Assembly (NCBI GenBank): GCA_965218785.1
Contig: OZ244650.1
Span: 352,001 to 416,000 of the forward strand
DNA length: 64,000 bases
Reading direction: 5' to 3'
Source: Nitrosopumilus sp.
GTDB taxonomy: Archaea > Thermoproteota > Nitrososphaeria > Nitrososphaerales > Nitrosopumilaceae
The notes under the pieces are model-generated. The model searched no databases. It was not told where the DNA came from and saw nothing but the letters and a program-made list of their open reading frames with translations. Position numbers and translations under genes: made by a program. Numbering within the stretch: the first letter of the stretch is position 1; each line of letters begins with the position of its first letter. Positions 38,045 to 48,543 of this stretch are shown here, piece after piece.

Positions 38045-38842
38045 TTAATTGATTTGTGACATTATTTCATCGAGAATTTTCTGATTTGCAGCTGCAATAA
38101 AAGAAATCCTTGTATCATAACTCAGATCTGCATCAAGTGGATTCAAATCTGTATCAAGTAATAACCCTCCAGCTTCCTTTACAATTAGATAACCTGCAGC
38201 AATGTCCTGAATTCTGATTTTGCCCCTCAAATCAATAAAGACATCCATCACCCCCCTTGCAAATAACGCCATTTCTAGGGCATTTGCACCAAAGTGTCTT
38301 GTATGATTGTAGTTTTCAAATATCGGATGCAATCGCTTCATCAAATCCATCGTCGCACCAGATGTGTTGATGCCGACAATTTTATAGATCGGATCCCCAC
38401 CGTGTACTTTGATCTGCTTACCATTGAAGAACGAACCCTTGTTTTTTGAAGCCCAATACATTTCCCCATTTGATAAATTTGTAATAACCCCGTCTGTAAT
38501 TGAACTAAGTTTATTCTCAGTTGCAAATGCCAATGAACTGCAGAAAAAAGGGACGCCGCGTACTGCATTGGCAGAGCCATCTATTGCATCCATAATGATG
38601 TATCCCTTGGGGCTGTCTGACAATTCCACCCTTCCACATTCTTCACCTAAAACAACACATTCAAAGTTGATTTCTTTAAGATAATCCAAGACCGTTTTTT
38701 CTGCAACAATGTCTATGTTTCGTGAAATGTCCCCTCCTGCACCTCTACCAAAATCCCCCCCAGCGTCTTTTGTGCCTGCAAGTCCATTTACATTTTCATA
38801 AATCCTGTTTGAAGCTTGACGAAGAATTTCTATTACTTCCAT
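38045..38842 (-). CDS. Inositol monophosphatase / fructose-1,6-bisphosphatase family
   Basis: GEE, DAIDGSAN, DIAAGYLIVKEAGG. Confidence 0.9.
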   Translation of the reverse strand: MEVIEILRQASNRIYENVNGLAGTKDAGGDFGRGAGGDISRNIDIVAEKTVLDYLKEINFECVVLGEECGRVELSDSPKGYIIMDAIDGSANAVRGVPFFCSSLAFATENKLSSITDGVITNLSNGEMYWASKNKGSFFNGKQIKVHGGDPIYKIVGINTSGATMDLMKRLHPIFENYNHTRHFGANALEMALFARGVMDVFIDLRGKIRIQDIAAGYLIVKEAGGLLLDTDLNPLDADLSYDTRISFIAAANQKILDEIMSQIN

Positions 38843-38906
38843 GTTGAATGTCTGGTATTTCGTAATTTAAGTGAAGTAAACATTTGTTTTGAAGGCATAA
38901 ATAACA

Positions 38907-40040
38907 ATGACACGGTTTATGTTTGTGAGTGGTAAGGATCAATCCGTTGTAAGCAAGGAAGCCCTGATGAGTACAAAATCTGGAAAACAGATACTAAAAC
39001 AGGGATTATTCAAATCAAAGGGCTTTAAATTATTTAACAAGTACAAGGAGGAGACAGAAAACGAATTTCCAAATTTTGCACAGCGATTTACACAGGATCT
39101 TCTCAACGAGATAAAATCCGATACTGATCCAAATTCCACGCAGCAGGCATTTGGCAATGAGGTAGGTTCGACTGAAATAATACTAAATGCATCTGAAATA
39201 GAGCCTATTAAATCAAAATTAAGCAGCCCGGATGTTCTCAAGGACAGGGTACTCAGAATTTTAAATTCAAATTTTGTAAAAATGACCTTTCCTGTCTTTA
39301 ATGCATTATTTGATGGCGCATCAGAATACGCCAGAAGAAATGATCCTCAATTAAGACAGGACATAGTTGAGGGACATATCTTAGCTATTGATCTTAGCGA
39401 ACCAATGGATAGGATTGTAGATAAGGACGAAGACTTGGAATTTCTTGATGATTACAAACTAATGAATCCATACATCCTGAAATTAGCCCGGGATAAAATT
39501 TCAAACGGCGGTGACAGGGTTCTAAAGGAATTTGAGGAGGGATTCAAGGATGCAAGAGTGGGTCAGGATCTGGATGAAAAATTAAAATCAAAACCAGCGG
39601 AAATCACCGAAGAGGAAATGACATTATCTTACAAGAAATACCGTGCAGTAATGGGAACTGCGGGCAAAAATATGGCGCTGGCAGAGCGGCCACTAGGCGA
39701 AATTTTCTATTTAGGCATGGCAAAGGCCGCCGAAGGCGTTGGATGTGGCAATGAAATTGAAGATTCGATCAAAAATGGATTTGTAAAAATACCTTCATGG
39801 CCGCTTTATTATTCACTGCTGTCTGATGACGTGAAAAAGGGGTTTGAAATTACGCTTGAAAAAAGCAACCTGTATTTACAAGAGGCCCGTCTTACCCTTG
39901 AAATGCTGCCTGCAGAATTCTCCCACAAAGAATTTTTGGAATTTCTATTTTTGACTGTAGAGCATTACAATCAATATTGGTACAATCAGCTACAAAAGGC
40001 AGGCAGATGGTCAGAGTTTGAATCCAGACTTCCAAAGTGA
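38907..40040 (+). CDS. Hypothetical protein
   Basis: 377-aa ORF coupled to rfcL; start may be GTG near 38925. Confidence 0.8.
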   Translation: MTRFMFVSGKDQSVVSKEALMSTKSGKQILKQGLFKSKGFKLFNKYKEETENEFPNFAQRFTQDLLNEIKSDTDPNSTQQAFGNEVGSTEIILNASEIEPIKSKLSSPDVLKDRVLRILNSNFVKMTFPVFNALFDGASEYARRNDPQLRQDIVEGHILAIDLSEPMDRIVDKDEDLEFLDDYKLMNPYILKLARDKISNGGDRVLKEFEEGFKDARVGQDLDEKLKSKPAEITEEEMTLSYKKYRAVMGTAGKNMALAERPLGEIFYLGMAKAAEGVGCGNEIEDSIKNGFVKIPSWPLYYSLLSDDVKKGFEITLEKSNLYLQEARLTLEMLPAEFSHKEFLEFLFLTVEHYNQYWYNQLQKAGRWSEFESRLPK

Positions 40041-41206
40041 TAAAATTGATGTGGTCTGAAAAATACCGACCTCAGATTATCTCTGATATGGTGGGAAATG
40101 AGGAACCCCGTTCTGCCATAATGGAGTGGTTTGCAAAATGGAAAAAAGGAACAAAACCACTTCTTCTTGTCGGACCTCCCGGAATAGGAAAAACTACCAT
40201 GGCATACCTGGTTGCAAAACAATTTGAATATGATATGATCGGACTCAATGCCAGTGATGTCCGAAGCAAATCCAGAATTAATGAAATTCTTGAACCTGTT
40301 TTAGGTAACGTAAGTGTCATGGGAACCCCCATGATATTTGTTGACGAGGTAGACGGAATCCACGGTCGTGGAGATTATGGCGGATCTGCGGCACTTGTTG
40401 AAATCCTAAAAGAGCCCACGGTTCCAATTATTCTTGCCGCCAATTATGACACATTAGATAAAATGAAAAACATCAAAAAGGCAGTCAAGACGATATCGTT
40501 CAAAAGAATTCCCCCACGTCTCTTGCGGGTCTATCTTGAAAACATCCTGAAAAAAGAAGATGCCAAACTGAGTCCGGGCTCTTTGATCAAGGTCATTGCC
40601 AAGTCACATGGAGATATACGTTCAATGATTAATCTAACTCAATCTATGGTTACCGGATTTAATCCTCAAACTGAAACATCTTTTGAAAGTATCAACGTTG
40701 AAGATGGTGTAAACGCATTCTTTAAGGCAAATTCAGTTCAGGAAGCCAGAAGTGTCCTGTATTCGATGCGGATTGATCCGCGAGAAAAAATCAATGCATT
40801 TTATTCGAGTATTATCACATCCGACCTAGACAACGCCTCTCTTGCAGAATATCTAAAAGTCATTTCAAGTGCAGACATGCTGTATGGAAAAATTATGAAA
40901 ACCCAAAATTGGAGATTACTGCGCTATCTTAATGATATCCTGATCAAATTATACCGCAATGATGACCGAATTAGATACACGCAGTACAATCTTTCTTGGC
41001 CTCTGTTAAATAGAATCCGCTGGGACGGTGCTAAAATCAAGGCACTGTCATCTGTCATGGCAAAAAAATTGCATTTGTCCTCAAGTGCCTTTATCACGAT
41101 TTGTTTACCGTTTGCCCTGTTTTGTATTAAAAATAAGACTTTGAAACTGGAATTGGAAGAAACATTTGGTGATATTATTGAAAAGGAGATCGGGTTAATT
41201 CAATGA
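40037..41206 (+). CDS. rfcL: Replication factor C large subunit
   Basis: WSEKYRP, GPPGIGKT, LNASD.R, DEVD, GDIRSMIN. Confidence 0.9.
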   Translation: MIKLMWSEKYRPQIISDMVGNEEPRSAIMEWFAKWKKGTKPLLLVGPPGIGKTTMAYLVAKQFEYDMIGLNASDVRSKSRINEILEPVLGNVSVMGTPMIFVDEVDGIHGRGDYGGSAALVEILKEPTVPIILAANYDTLDKMKNIKKAVKTISFKRIPPRLLRVYLENILKKEDAKLSPGSLIKVIAKSHGDIRSMINLTQSMVTGFNPQTETSFESINVEDGVNAFFKANSVQEARSVLYSMRIDPREKINAFYSSIITSDLDNASLAEYLKVISSADMLYGKIMKTQNWRLLRYLNDILIKLYRNDDRIRYTQYNLSWPLLNRIRWDGAKIKALSSVMAKKLHLSSSAFITICLPFALFCIKNKTLKLELEETFGDIIEKEIGLIQ

Positions 41207-41538
41207 GCTGGAGAAAAATTTCCATGAAGTTTCCAGGCACTTGTATAGTGTGCAGTGAAAAAATCAAAGTCGATGAAATCGGACTGTGGGCAAAAGGACT
41301 AGGCGTCAAACATGAAAAGTGCGCTCAAACCAATGAATTACAATGTGTCGTTTGTGGCAGACCTGCCGGCTGTCCTCAATGTGAATTTCAGGAAAACTGT
41401 GATATTCCCAATGTGTCCCAATTATGTATCTGCAAGAGATGCAGCGAGGAAAAAGACGCCTTTGATTCCTACCAGAAATCAATAAAAAAGAAATTCCCAA
41501 TTATCAACTCCCAAATTTCTAAAATGAATCTATTTTAG
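41203..41538 (+). CDS. Cys-rich zinc-binding hypothetical protein
   Basis: Multiple CxxC pairs. Confidence 0.75.
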   Translation: MSWRKISMKFPGTCIVCSEKIKVDEIGLWAKGLGVKHEKCAQTNELQCVVCGRPAGCPQCEFQENCDIPNVSQLCICKRCSEEKDAFDSYQKSIKKKFPIINSQISKMNLF

Positions 41539-41615
41539 ATTTTTGTAAAAATCTGATAATTTCCCCCAGTCAAACTAAATTAATATATGAAACCATTCTG
41601 CCCTAGATCACTATT

Positions 41616-43163
41616 ATGCACTCTGAAAAGATTGAGGGATATGCTAAAAAGAACAGCACCGCATTACAGGGGGGTGGCCAGGATAGAATCAAGGCCCAGC
41701 ATGATAAGGGTAAACTAACTGCCCGAGAAAGAATTGATCTCCTGCTTGATGAGGGCACTTTTACCGAGATTGATCCAATGATTACCCATCATTATCACGA
41801 ATATGACATGCAGAAAAAGAAATTCTTTACAGATGGCGTGATTGGGGGATATGGGACAGTCAATGGAAGACAAATCTTTGTCTTTGCCTATGATTTTACC
41901 GTGCTTGGCGGGACGCTTAGTCAGATGGGTGCAAAAAAAATTACTAAACTAATGGATCATGCAATAAGAACCGGGTGTCCGGTCATTGGAATAATGGACT
42001 CTGGCGGCGCAAGAATTCAAGAGGGAATTATGAGTCTTGATGGATTTGCAGACATATTTTATCACAACCAGCTGGCTTCTGGAGTAATTCCACAGATTAC
42101 AGCAAGCATTGGCCCTTCTGCAGGCGGCTCTGTATATTCCCCGGCAATGACTGACTTTGTAATCATGGTAAACAAGGTGGGAACCATGTTTGTTACAGGA
42201 CCTGATGTTGTCAAGACCGTACTAGGCGAGGAAATTTCATTTGATGATCTTGGCGGGGCCATGACTCACGGCTCAAAAAGCGGTGTTGCGCATTTTGTTG
42301 CGCAAAACGAGTACGAATGCATGGATTACATAAAGAAGCTGATCTCCTATCTCCCGCAAAATAATACTGAAGAGCCTCCCAAAATTACAACTGATGATGA
42401 TCCAAACAGACTAGATCACAATCTTATCAATATAATTCCTGAAAATCCCCTGCAACCTTATGATATGAAAGAGATCATCAACTCGATTGTTGATAACCAT
42501 GAATTCTTTGAGGTGCATGAATTGTTTGCGCCAAATGTTGTTGTGGGTTATGGAAGATTAAACGGTCAGACTGTTGGAATTATAGCAAACAACCCAATGT
42601 ATCTTGCAGGTGCACTTGATATTGATTCATCAAGCAAGGCGGCACGGTTTATTCGGTTCTGTGACTCTTTTAACATACCAATTATCACTCTAGTGGACAC
42701 TCCCGGATACATGCCGGGTTCTAACCAGGAACACAATGGAATCATCCGACATGGAAGCAAACTGCTTTATGCATACTGTGAAGCCACGGTTCCACGAATT
42801 ACCCTAGTCATTGGAAAGGCGTATGGCGGTGCATACATCGCAATGGGAAGTAAAAATCTCAGAACAGACGTCAATTATGCATGGCCGACTGCCAGATGTG
42901 CCGTACTGGGCGGGGAGGCGGCTGTTAAAATTATGTACAGAAAAGAACTGCAAACATCTGATGATCCTGAAGCGCTCAAAAAACGGCTAATCGATGAATT
43001 TACCGAAAAATTTGAAAATCCTTACGTTGCTGCCTCTCACGGAACTGTTGATAATGTAATTGATCCGGCTGAAACCAGGCCCATGTTGATCAAGGCACTT
43101 GCAATGCTTGCAAACAAGAGGGAAAAACAGCTGCCCAGAAAGCACGGAAATATTAACCTGTGA
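41616..43163 (+). CDS. pccB: Acetyl-/propionyl-CoA carboxylase, carboxyltransferase subunit
   Basis: GKLTARERI, DFTVLGG, DSGGARIQEG, KAYGGAY, RKHGNI. Confidence 0.95.
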   Translation: MHSEKIEGYAKKNSTALQGGGQDRIKAQHDKGKLTARERIDLLLDEGTFTEIDPMITHHYHEYDMQKKKFFTDGVIGGYGTVNGRQIFVFAYDFTVLGGTLSQMGAKKITKLMDHAIRTGCPVIGIMDSGGARIQEGIMSLDGFADIFYHNQLASGVIPQITASIGPSAGGSVYSPAMTDFVIMVNKVGTMFVTGPDVVKTVLGEEISFDDLGGAMTHGSKSGVAHFVAQNEYECMDYIKKLISYLPQNNTEEPPKITTDDDPNRLDHNLINIIPENPLQPYDMKEIINSIVDNHEFFEVHELFAPNVVVGYGRLNGQTVGIIANNPMYLAGALDIDSSSKAARFIRFCDSFNIPIITLVDTPGYMPGSNQEHNGIIRHGSKLLYAYCEATVPRITLVIGKAYGGAYIAMGSKNLRTDVNYAWPTARCAVLGGEAAVKIMYRKELQTSDDPEALKKRLIDEFTEKFENPYVAASHGTVDNVIDPAETRPMLIKALAMLANKREKQLPRKHGNINL

Positions 43164-43166
43164 TTA

Positions 43167-44657
43167 ATGATGATTGAAAAAGTACTTGTTGCAAACAGGG
43201 GGGAAATTGCCTTACGTGTAATACGAACATGCAAGGTACTTGGAATTAAGACAGTAGCAGTTTATTCTGATGAGGATACTAATTCAATGCATGTAAAACA
43301 GGCTACTGAGGCATATCATATTGGAGAGGCATCCCCTGCAAAATCATATCTTAATCAGGAAAAAATTCTTGATGTCATACTGTCTTCTGGTGCAGATGCC
43401 GTTCATCCGGGTTATGGCTTTCTTTCTGAAAATGATGACTTTGCAAGGTTATGTGAAAAAAATAAGATCAATTTCATTGGTCCTTCTGCTGATTCTATGA
43501 ATCTTTGTGGCGATAAAATGAGGTGCAAGGTCGCAATGCTAAAAGCCAAAGTACCGACAGTACCTGGAAGTACAGACCTGGTCAAGGATGCAGACGAGGC
43601 AGAAAAGATTGCAAATGATATTGGCTACCCAGTGCTGTTAAAATCAGTTTATGGCGGCGGAGGTCGCGGAATCAGACTGGCCACTAATGATAAGGAACTA
43701 CATGAGGGTTATGAATCCGTCACAGGAGAGTCAATTGCCGCCGTAGGAAAATCGGCAATCCTTGTAGAAAAATTCCTAGAGAGAACAAGACACATTGAAT
43801 ATCAGATGGCAAGAGACACTCATGGAAACACCGTTCATATCTTTGAAAGAGAATGTTCAATCCAAAGACGCAACCAAAAATTAATTGAACAGACACCCTC
43901 CCCAATCGTTGATGAGCAAACAAGGCAACGTGTGGGGGAGATCGTGTGTAATGCAGCTGACGCAGTTGACTATACAAACCTGGGTACAGCAGAATTTCTA
44001 AGGGCCGATAACGGCGAGTTCTATTTTATCGAAATTAACGCCAGACTGCAGGTAGAACACCCAATTACGGAATACGTGTCCGGACTGGATCTAGTCAAAC
44101 TGCAGCTTGATATTGCAAATGGTGAACCCCTTCCATTCAAGCAAAGTGACCTCAAAATGAACGGATATGCAATTGAATGCAGAATTAACGCCGAAGACAC
44201 CTTCTTGGACTTTGCACCGTCTACCGGACCTGTCCCGGATGTAACAATACCGGCAGGACCAGGCGTTCGATGTGATACCTACCTGTATTCGGGATGTACC
44301 GTTTCTCCGTTTTATGACTCGTTAATGGCAAAACTCGTTACATGGGGACAGACATTTGATGAATCCAGAACGAGAATGCTTGCCGCATTAAATGACTTTT
44401 ACATTCAGGGAGTTGAGACTTCAATTCCCCTCTACAAAACAATTCTAAATTCAGACGAATACAAAAATGGCCAGCTGTCAACTGACTTTCTTAAGCGTTT
44501 TGAGATGATTGACAGGCTAGCTGAAGACATTAAGAAAGAAAAGGAGGAGAAAAGCAATGCGGCTTTGGCTGCTGCGATAATTCATTCCAAATACTTTGCA
44601 AGCCGCGTACAAAGCCTCGCTGCTGGTAATTCCAACTGGAAGAACAAACTGGATTGA
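43167..44657 (+). CDS. accC: Acetyl-/propionyl-CoA carboxylase, biotin carboxylase subunit
   Basis: ANRGEIA, HPGYGFLSEN, GGGGRG, RLQVEHP, YDSLMAK. Confidence 0.95.
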   Translation: MMIEKVLVANRGEIALRVIRTCKVLGIKTVAVYSDEDTNSMHVKQATEAYHIGEASPAKSYLNQEKILDVILSSGADAVHPGYGFLSENDDFARLCEKNKINFIGPSADSMNLCGDKMRCKVAMLKAKVPTVPGSTDLVKDADEAEKIANDIGYPVLLKSVYGGGGRGIRLATNDKELHEGYESVTGESIAAVGKSAILVEKFLERTRHIEYQMARDTHGNTVHIFERECSIQRRNQKLIEQTPSPIVDEQTRQRVGEIVCNAADAVDYTNLGTAEFLRADNGEFYFIEINARLQVEHPITEYVSGLDLVKLQLDIANGEPLPFKQSDLKMNGYAIECRINAEDTFLDFAPSTGPVPDVTIPAGPGVRCDTYLYSGCTVSPFYDSLMAKLVTWGQTFDESRTRMLAALNDFYIQGVETSIPLYKTILNSDEYKNGQLSTDFLKRFEMIDRLAEDIKKEKEEKSNAALAAAIIHSKYFASRVQSLAAGNSNWKNKLD

Positions 44658-44660
44658 TCA

Positions 44661-45182
44661 ATGATGAACTATAAAATACAAGATCTTGAAAAATCATTTG
44701 ATGGGAAAATAACTGCAAGCCTTGGAAATAATGAATACGTAATTAAAATTAATGATGCTGAACATCAACTAAAAATTCTAAATGTCAATTCAAAGGGAGT
44801 CGAGTTTATTTTAGACCAAAACTATCACAGGGCAAAATATCTTAAACGATCCACAAATGAAATGAGTCTGGTAATTGACAACGTTCCAATCACTCTTAAC
44901 ATGCATACTCATTTTGATGGAATAGTATACAAAAACTCTGGCGGCAGCGGCGGAGGTACTGATAACACACAGCTATCTTTGAAGAGTCAAATTCCAGGCA
45001 AGGTTGTTTCTATTGCAGTTGCCACGGGGGATTCTGTAAAGAAAGGCGATGTTATCTGCACCCTAGAATCTATGAAGATGCAGGTTGCAGTCAAAGCACA
45101 CAAAGACGGTACTGTAAAATCCATCAAGGTTAAGGAAACGGGAACTGTCGCCAAGGGCGACGTAATTGCTGATATAGAATAA
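44661..45182 (+). CDS. accB: Biotin carboxyl carrier protein
   Basis: ESMKM biotinylation motif. Confidence 0.93.
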   Translation: MMNYKIQDLEKSFDGKITASLGNNEYVIKINDAEHQLKILNVNSKGVEFILDQNYHRAKYLKRSTNEMSLVIDNVPITLNMHTHFDGIVYKNSGGSGGGTDNTQLSLKSQIPGKVVSIAVATGDSVKKGDVICTLESMKMQVAVKAHKDGTVKSIKVKETGTVAKGDVIADIE

Positions 45183-45196
45183 AAAAGGAAATATCC

Positions 45197-45661
45197 CTAT
45201 CTTAGAAAATTTTTAATCTCTTCATAGTCTGGTTCTTTTAATGGATCCTCTGAAACCCATTTGTAGCCAACTGTCCCATCTTCCATAATTATGAATACAG
45301 AACGCTTTGCGGCATTATAGTCCTTGAGGTGCAACAGATCCTTTAAGAGTATGTCGTAATCACGAATTGTCTTACTGTTGTAATCTCCCAATAACGGGAA
45401 ATTAAAATTATTTTTTTCTGCAAATGCTTTGTTTGCAAACGGACCGTCATTACTGACTGCTATTACCTGCGCACCAAGATCTGAAATTTCTTGCCAGGAA
45501 TCCCTGAATGTGCATAATTCTGTTTCACAAACAGGCGAACTTGCAGCAACGATGAATGAAAGTACGATCTTTTTTCCTTTAAATTCATCCAAAGTCCGCA
45601 GTTTTAACTCCGTGTCTGGAAGTTCAAAATCAGGAGCTTTATCTCCAATATTTAATGGCAT
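45197..45661 (-). CDS. Peroxiredoxin (BCP/AhpC-TSA family)
   Basis: GDKAPDFEL, SPVCETELC, KRSVFI. Confidence 0.9.
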   Translation of the reverse strand: MPLNIGDKAPDFELPDTELKLRTLDEFKGKKIVLSFIVAASSPVCETELCTFRDSWQEISDLGAQVIAVSNDGPFANKAFAEKNNFNFPLLGDYNSKTIRDYDILLKDLLHLKDYNAAKRSVFIIMEDGTVGYKWVSEDPLKEPDYEEIKNFLR

Positions 45662-45773
45662 TATGGGTTTTACCCACCATCCTATTAAGTAGTTTACAGA
45701 AATTATTCTTTCCAAAATTTGATCGAAAAAAGAAGCATACCTTTTTATACAAAAATCCGGTCAAAAAGCTGAA

Positions 45774-46148
45774 TTGGTCGGGGAATTAGCGGGCAATTAC
45801 AGTACCGTTGTATTGATGTTTGCCTTTGGTATAGTTGCAATGGCACCTGCCTTGATAGTTTCAAGAATGATTTCACCACGAAAACGGAGCAATCCTGTCA
45901 AATTCCTGCCAATGGAATGCGGTCAGGTTCCCTCAGGAGAAGGCCGAACCCACTTTATGATGCAGTACTATCCTTACATTCTGATGTTTGTAGTATTTGA
46001 TGTCATGGCAATCTTCTTGTACGCATGGGGAAGCTCCCTTTTGGAACTTCCAAAGAGCGCGACCCTGCCCATGATTGGATTTCTGGGTATAATGTTTGGA
46101 GCAATGTCGTTTGCTTTGTACCAGTCAGGGAGACGAAGAATATGGTAG
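45774..46148 (+). CDS. nuoA: NADH-quinone oxidoreductase subunit A
   Basis: MECG, QYY..FVVFDV; operon position. Confidence 0.92.
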   Translation: MVGELAGNYSTVVLMFAFGIVAMAPALIVSRMISPRKRSNPVKFLPMECGQVPSGEGRTHFMMQYYPYILMFVVFDVMAIFLYAWGSSLLELPKSATLPMIGFLGIMFGAMSFALYQSGRRRIW

Positions 46149-46187
46149 TTTTTTATATAAATCACATTTACAGGATATGGAATAAGA

Positions 46188-46712
46188 TTGCTTAAAGACT
46201 TGGTAACACCAGAAAACGCAAATGTTTTTGTAGGAAAATTAGGGGATATTCTGGAAAAAGCGATCGGCAAACCACTGGGTTATGCCATCAATTGGGGTAG
46301 AATTTGGTCACTCTGGCCTGTCCACATTGAAACGGCCTGCTGCAGTGTTGAATTTGGCGCAGCGTCCAGTCCGAGATATGATGTTGAAAGATTTGGCATC
46401 ATCGAAGCATTCGGATCACTTAGACAGTGTGATCTGATTGTCGTTCAGGGAACCATTACAAGAAAAATGGCGCCACGTCTCAGACTAGTTTATGATCAAA
46501 TGCCAGAACCAAAGTATGTAATTGCTATGGGAGCCTGTGCAATTACTGGAGGACTGTATTTTGATTCATACAATGTACTTCCTGGAATTGACGGAGTTAT
46601 TCCAGTTGATGTCTATGTTCCGGGTTGCCCACCTAGACCTGAAACCCTTATCCAAGGATGTATTTTGTTACAAGAGAAAATCAAGAGAATGAAGGCTAGG
46701 ACGTTTGTATGA
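46188..46712 (+). CDS. nuoB: NADH-quinone oxidoreductase subunit B
   Basis: TACCSVE, MGACA, PGCPPRPE. Confidence 0.95.
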   Translation: MLKDLVTPENANVFVGKLGDILEKAIGKPLGYAINWGRIWSLWPVHIETACCSVEFGAASSPRYDVERFGIIEAFGSLRQCDLIVVQGTITRKMAPRLRLVYDQMPEPKYVIAMGACAITGGLYFDSYNVLPGIDGVIPVDVYVPGCPPRPETLIQGCILLQEKIKRMKARTFV

Positions 46713-47407
46713 TGAGTTCTGATTCTGAAAAACCCGCAGAAGAAAAACCGGCACCAAAGCCTGTTGCAAAAATACCTGAAGAAAAACCGGCACCAAAGCC
46801 TGTTGCAAAAATACCTGAAGAAAAACCGGCACCAAAGCCTGTTGCAAAAATACCTGAAGAAAAACCGGCACCAAAGCCTGTTGCAAAAAAACCTGAAGAA
46901 AAACCCGTGGAACTGCCTGCTTTTGAAAAGGGAATTTCTGAAAAGATTGTTGAAAAGTTTGGAGATAAAGTCAGAGTCACATTTGTAAAAGAAGACAGAA
47001 TTGGAATTAGTGCCGGCAAGGATGATGTACATGATGTTGCAGAGTTCATTCGCGACGGCTTGAACTATGATCACGTCGAATCCGTTTCAGGTGTGGACTA
47101 TCCTGCAGATAAAGAAATCGAGGTCGTCTATCACATCGGTTCTTACAGCGATTCCTCGCTGGCAAGACAGATTCTTGTCTTATCTACCAGGGCTCAACGG
47201 GAAGAAAACCCGATTCCTGGAAATGACGCCACCAGGCTCCCCAGTCTTAGGGATGTGTTTTATAGCGTGGAATTCCATGAAAGAGAAACTTTTGAAATGC
47301 TCGGTGTCTTCTTTGAAGGTCATCCGGATAATCGAAGACTGCTTTTGCCAGAGGACTGGGCGGACCTGCCTCCACTCAGAAAGGACTTTGCAATAAAGGG
47401 AAGATAA
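46709..47407 (+). CDS. nuoC: NADH-quinone oxidoreductase subunit C
   Basis: ERETFEMLGVFFEGHPD..RLLLPEDW..PPLRKDF. Confidence 0.93.
   Translation: MMSSDSEKPAEEKPAPKPVAKIPEEKPAPKPVAKIPEEKPAPKPVAKIPEEKPAPKPVAKKPEEKPVELPAFEKGISEKIVEKFGDKVRVTFVKEDRIGISAGKDDVHDVAEFIRDGLNYDHVESVSGVDYPADKEIEVVYHIGSYSDSSLARQILVLSTRAQREENPIPGNDATRLPSLRDVFYSVEFHERETFEMLGVFFEGHPDNRRLLLPEDWADLPPLRKDFAIKGR
46739..46894. repeat. 39-bp in-frame tandem repeat x4 in nuoC (EEKPAPKPVAKIP)
   Basis: Units at 46739, 46778, 46817, 46856. Confidence 0.93.
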
Positions 47408-48543
47408 TGATGACTGTAGAACTACCACCCGGACTGGCACTCCAAAAAGTCGACGAGAGAATCATGACTCTCAATGTGGGACCACAACACCCCGGCTCTG
47501 GTCACATGAGACTAATCGTACAAATTGACGGTGACTATATTGTTGCATGTGATCCTGATCCCGGATACGTTCATCGTGGGGAAGAAAAGATGGCAGAATA
47601 CAGGAATTATATCTTAAATATTCCTCACTTGGAGAGGCCGGTAATTCATGACTCTTGCAACGTACTTTATCCGTATGTTCTCGGAGTCGAAGAACTGCTT
47701 GGAATTGAGGTTTCAGAACGTGCAAAATATGTCAGAGTAATCGCATCTGAATTAAACAGATGTATCTACACAATGTACTGGCTTGCAATTTATGGCATCT
47801 TCTTGGGACACTCTACAATGTTTATGTGGCCTGCAGGTGACCGTGAATTCCTAATTGATCTTATGGAAAAAATGACAGGTGCCAGAGTAACACACGCACA
47901 TTTTGTTCCAGGCGGGGTTAGAAACGACCTGCCTCCAAACTTTGAGGATGTCTGCCTGCGCCAGGTCAACTATTTTGAAAAACGTATCAAGGAATACTCT
48001 GCGATCTTTTATGACAATCCGATTCTGATTTCAAGAACCAGGGACACCGGAGTCTTATCACGTCAAGATGCAATCCGGCTTGGAACAACCGGCTCTGTAC
48101 TTCGTGCAAGTGGGGTTGATTTTGATCTGAGAAAAAAGGAACCATATGATGTCTATGACGAGCTGGATGTTCATACTAATGTGATGAAGGAAGGTGATTC
48201 TTATGCAAGATCTCTGGTTCCCTGGCTTGATATGTTGGAGAGCTGCAACATTATCAGACAGGCATTACAAAAGATGCCAAAGTCAGGTTCTGTCCGGGTT
48301 AAATTAAAACCAAATCCAAAGGGCAAACTTGATTCTGTGTACAAACGTGTAGAGTCCGGCCGAGGCTCTCTGGGATGTTATATTGTTTCAGACGGCAAAC
48401 CAGAGCCATACCGGCTAAAAATGAGCGTCGGTTCCTTTAGAAATCTGATTGCATTGCCGTATCTTCTCAAGGGTGAAAAGCTCGGCAACATGCCGTCTGT
48501 CTATTGGAGTCTTAACTACTGGCCGGTGGAGGCAGACAGGTAA
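47407..48543 (+). CDS. nuoD: NADH-quinone oxidoreductase subunit D
   Basis: NVGPQHP, GYVHRGEEK, ESGRG, terminal EADR. Confidence 0.95.
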   Translation: MMTVELPPGLALQKVDERIMTLNVGPQHPGSGHMRLIVQIDGDYIVACDPDPGYVHRGEEKMAEYRNYILNIPHLERPVIHDSCNVLYPYVLGVEELLGIEVSERAKYVRVIASELNRCIYTMYWLAIYGIFLGHSTMFMWPAGDREFLIDLMEKMTGARVTHAHFVPGGVRNDLPPNFEDVCLRQVNYFEKRIKEYSAIFYDNPILISRTRDTGVLSRQDAIRLGTTGSVLRASGVDFDLRKKEPYDVYDELDVHTNVMKEGDSYARSLVPWLDMLESCNIIRQALQKMPKSGSVRVKLKPNPKGKLDSVYKRVESGRGSLGCYIVSDGKPEPYRLKMSVGSFRNLIALPYLLKGEKLGNMPSVYWSLNYWPVEADR

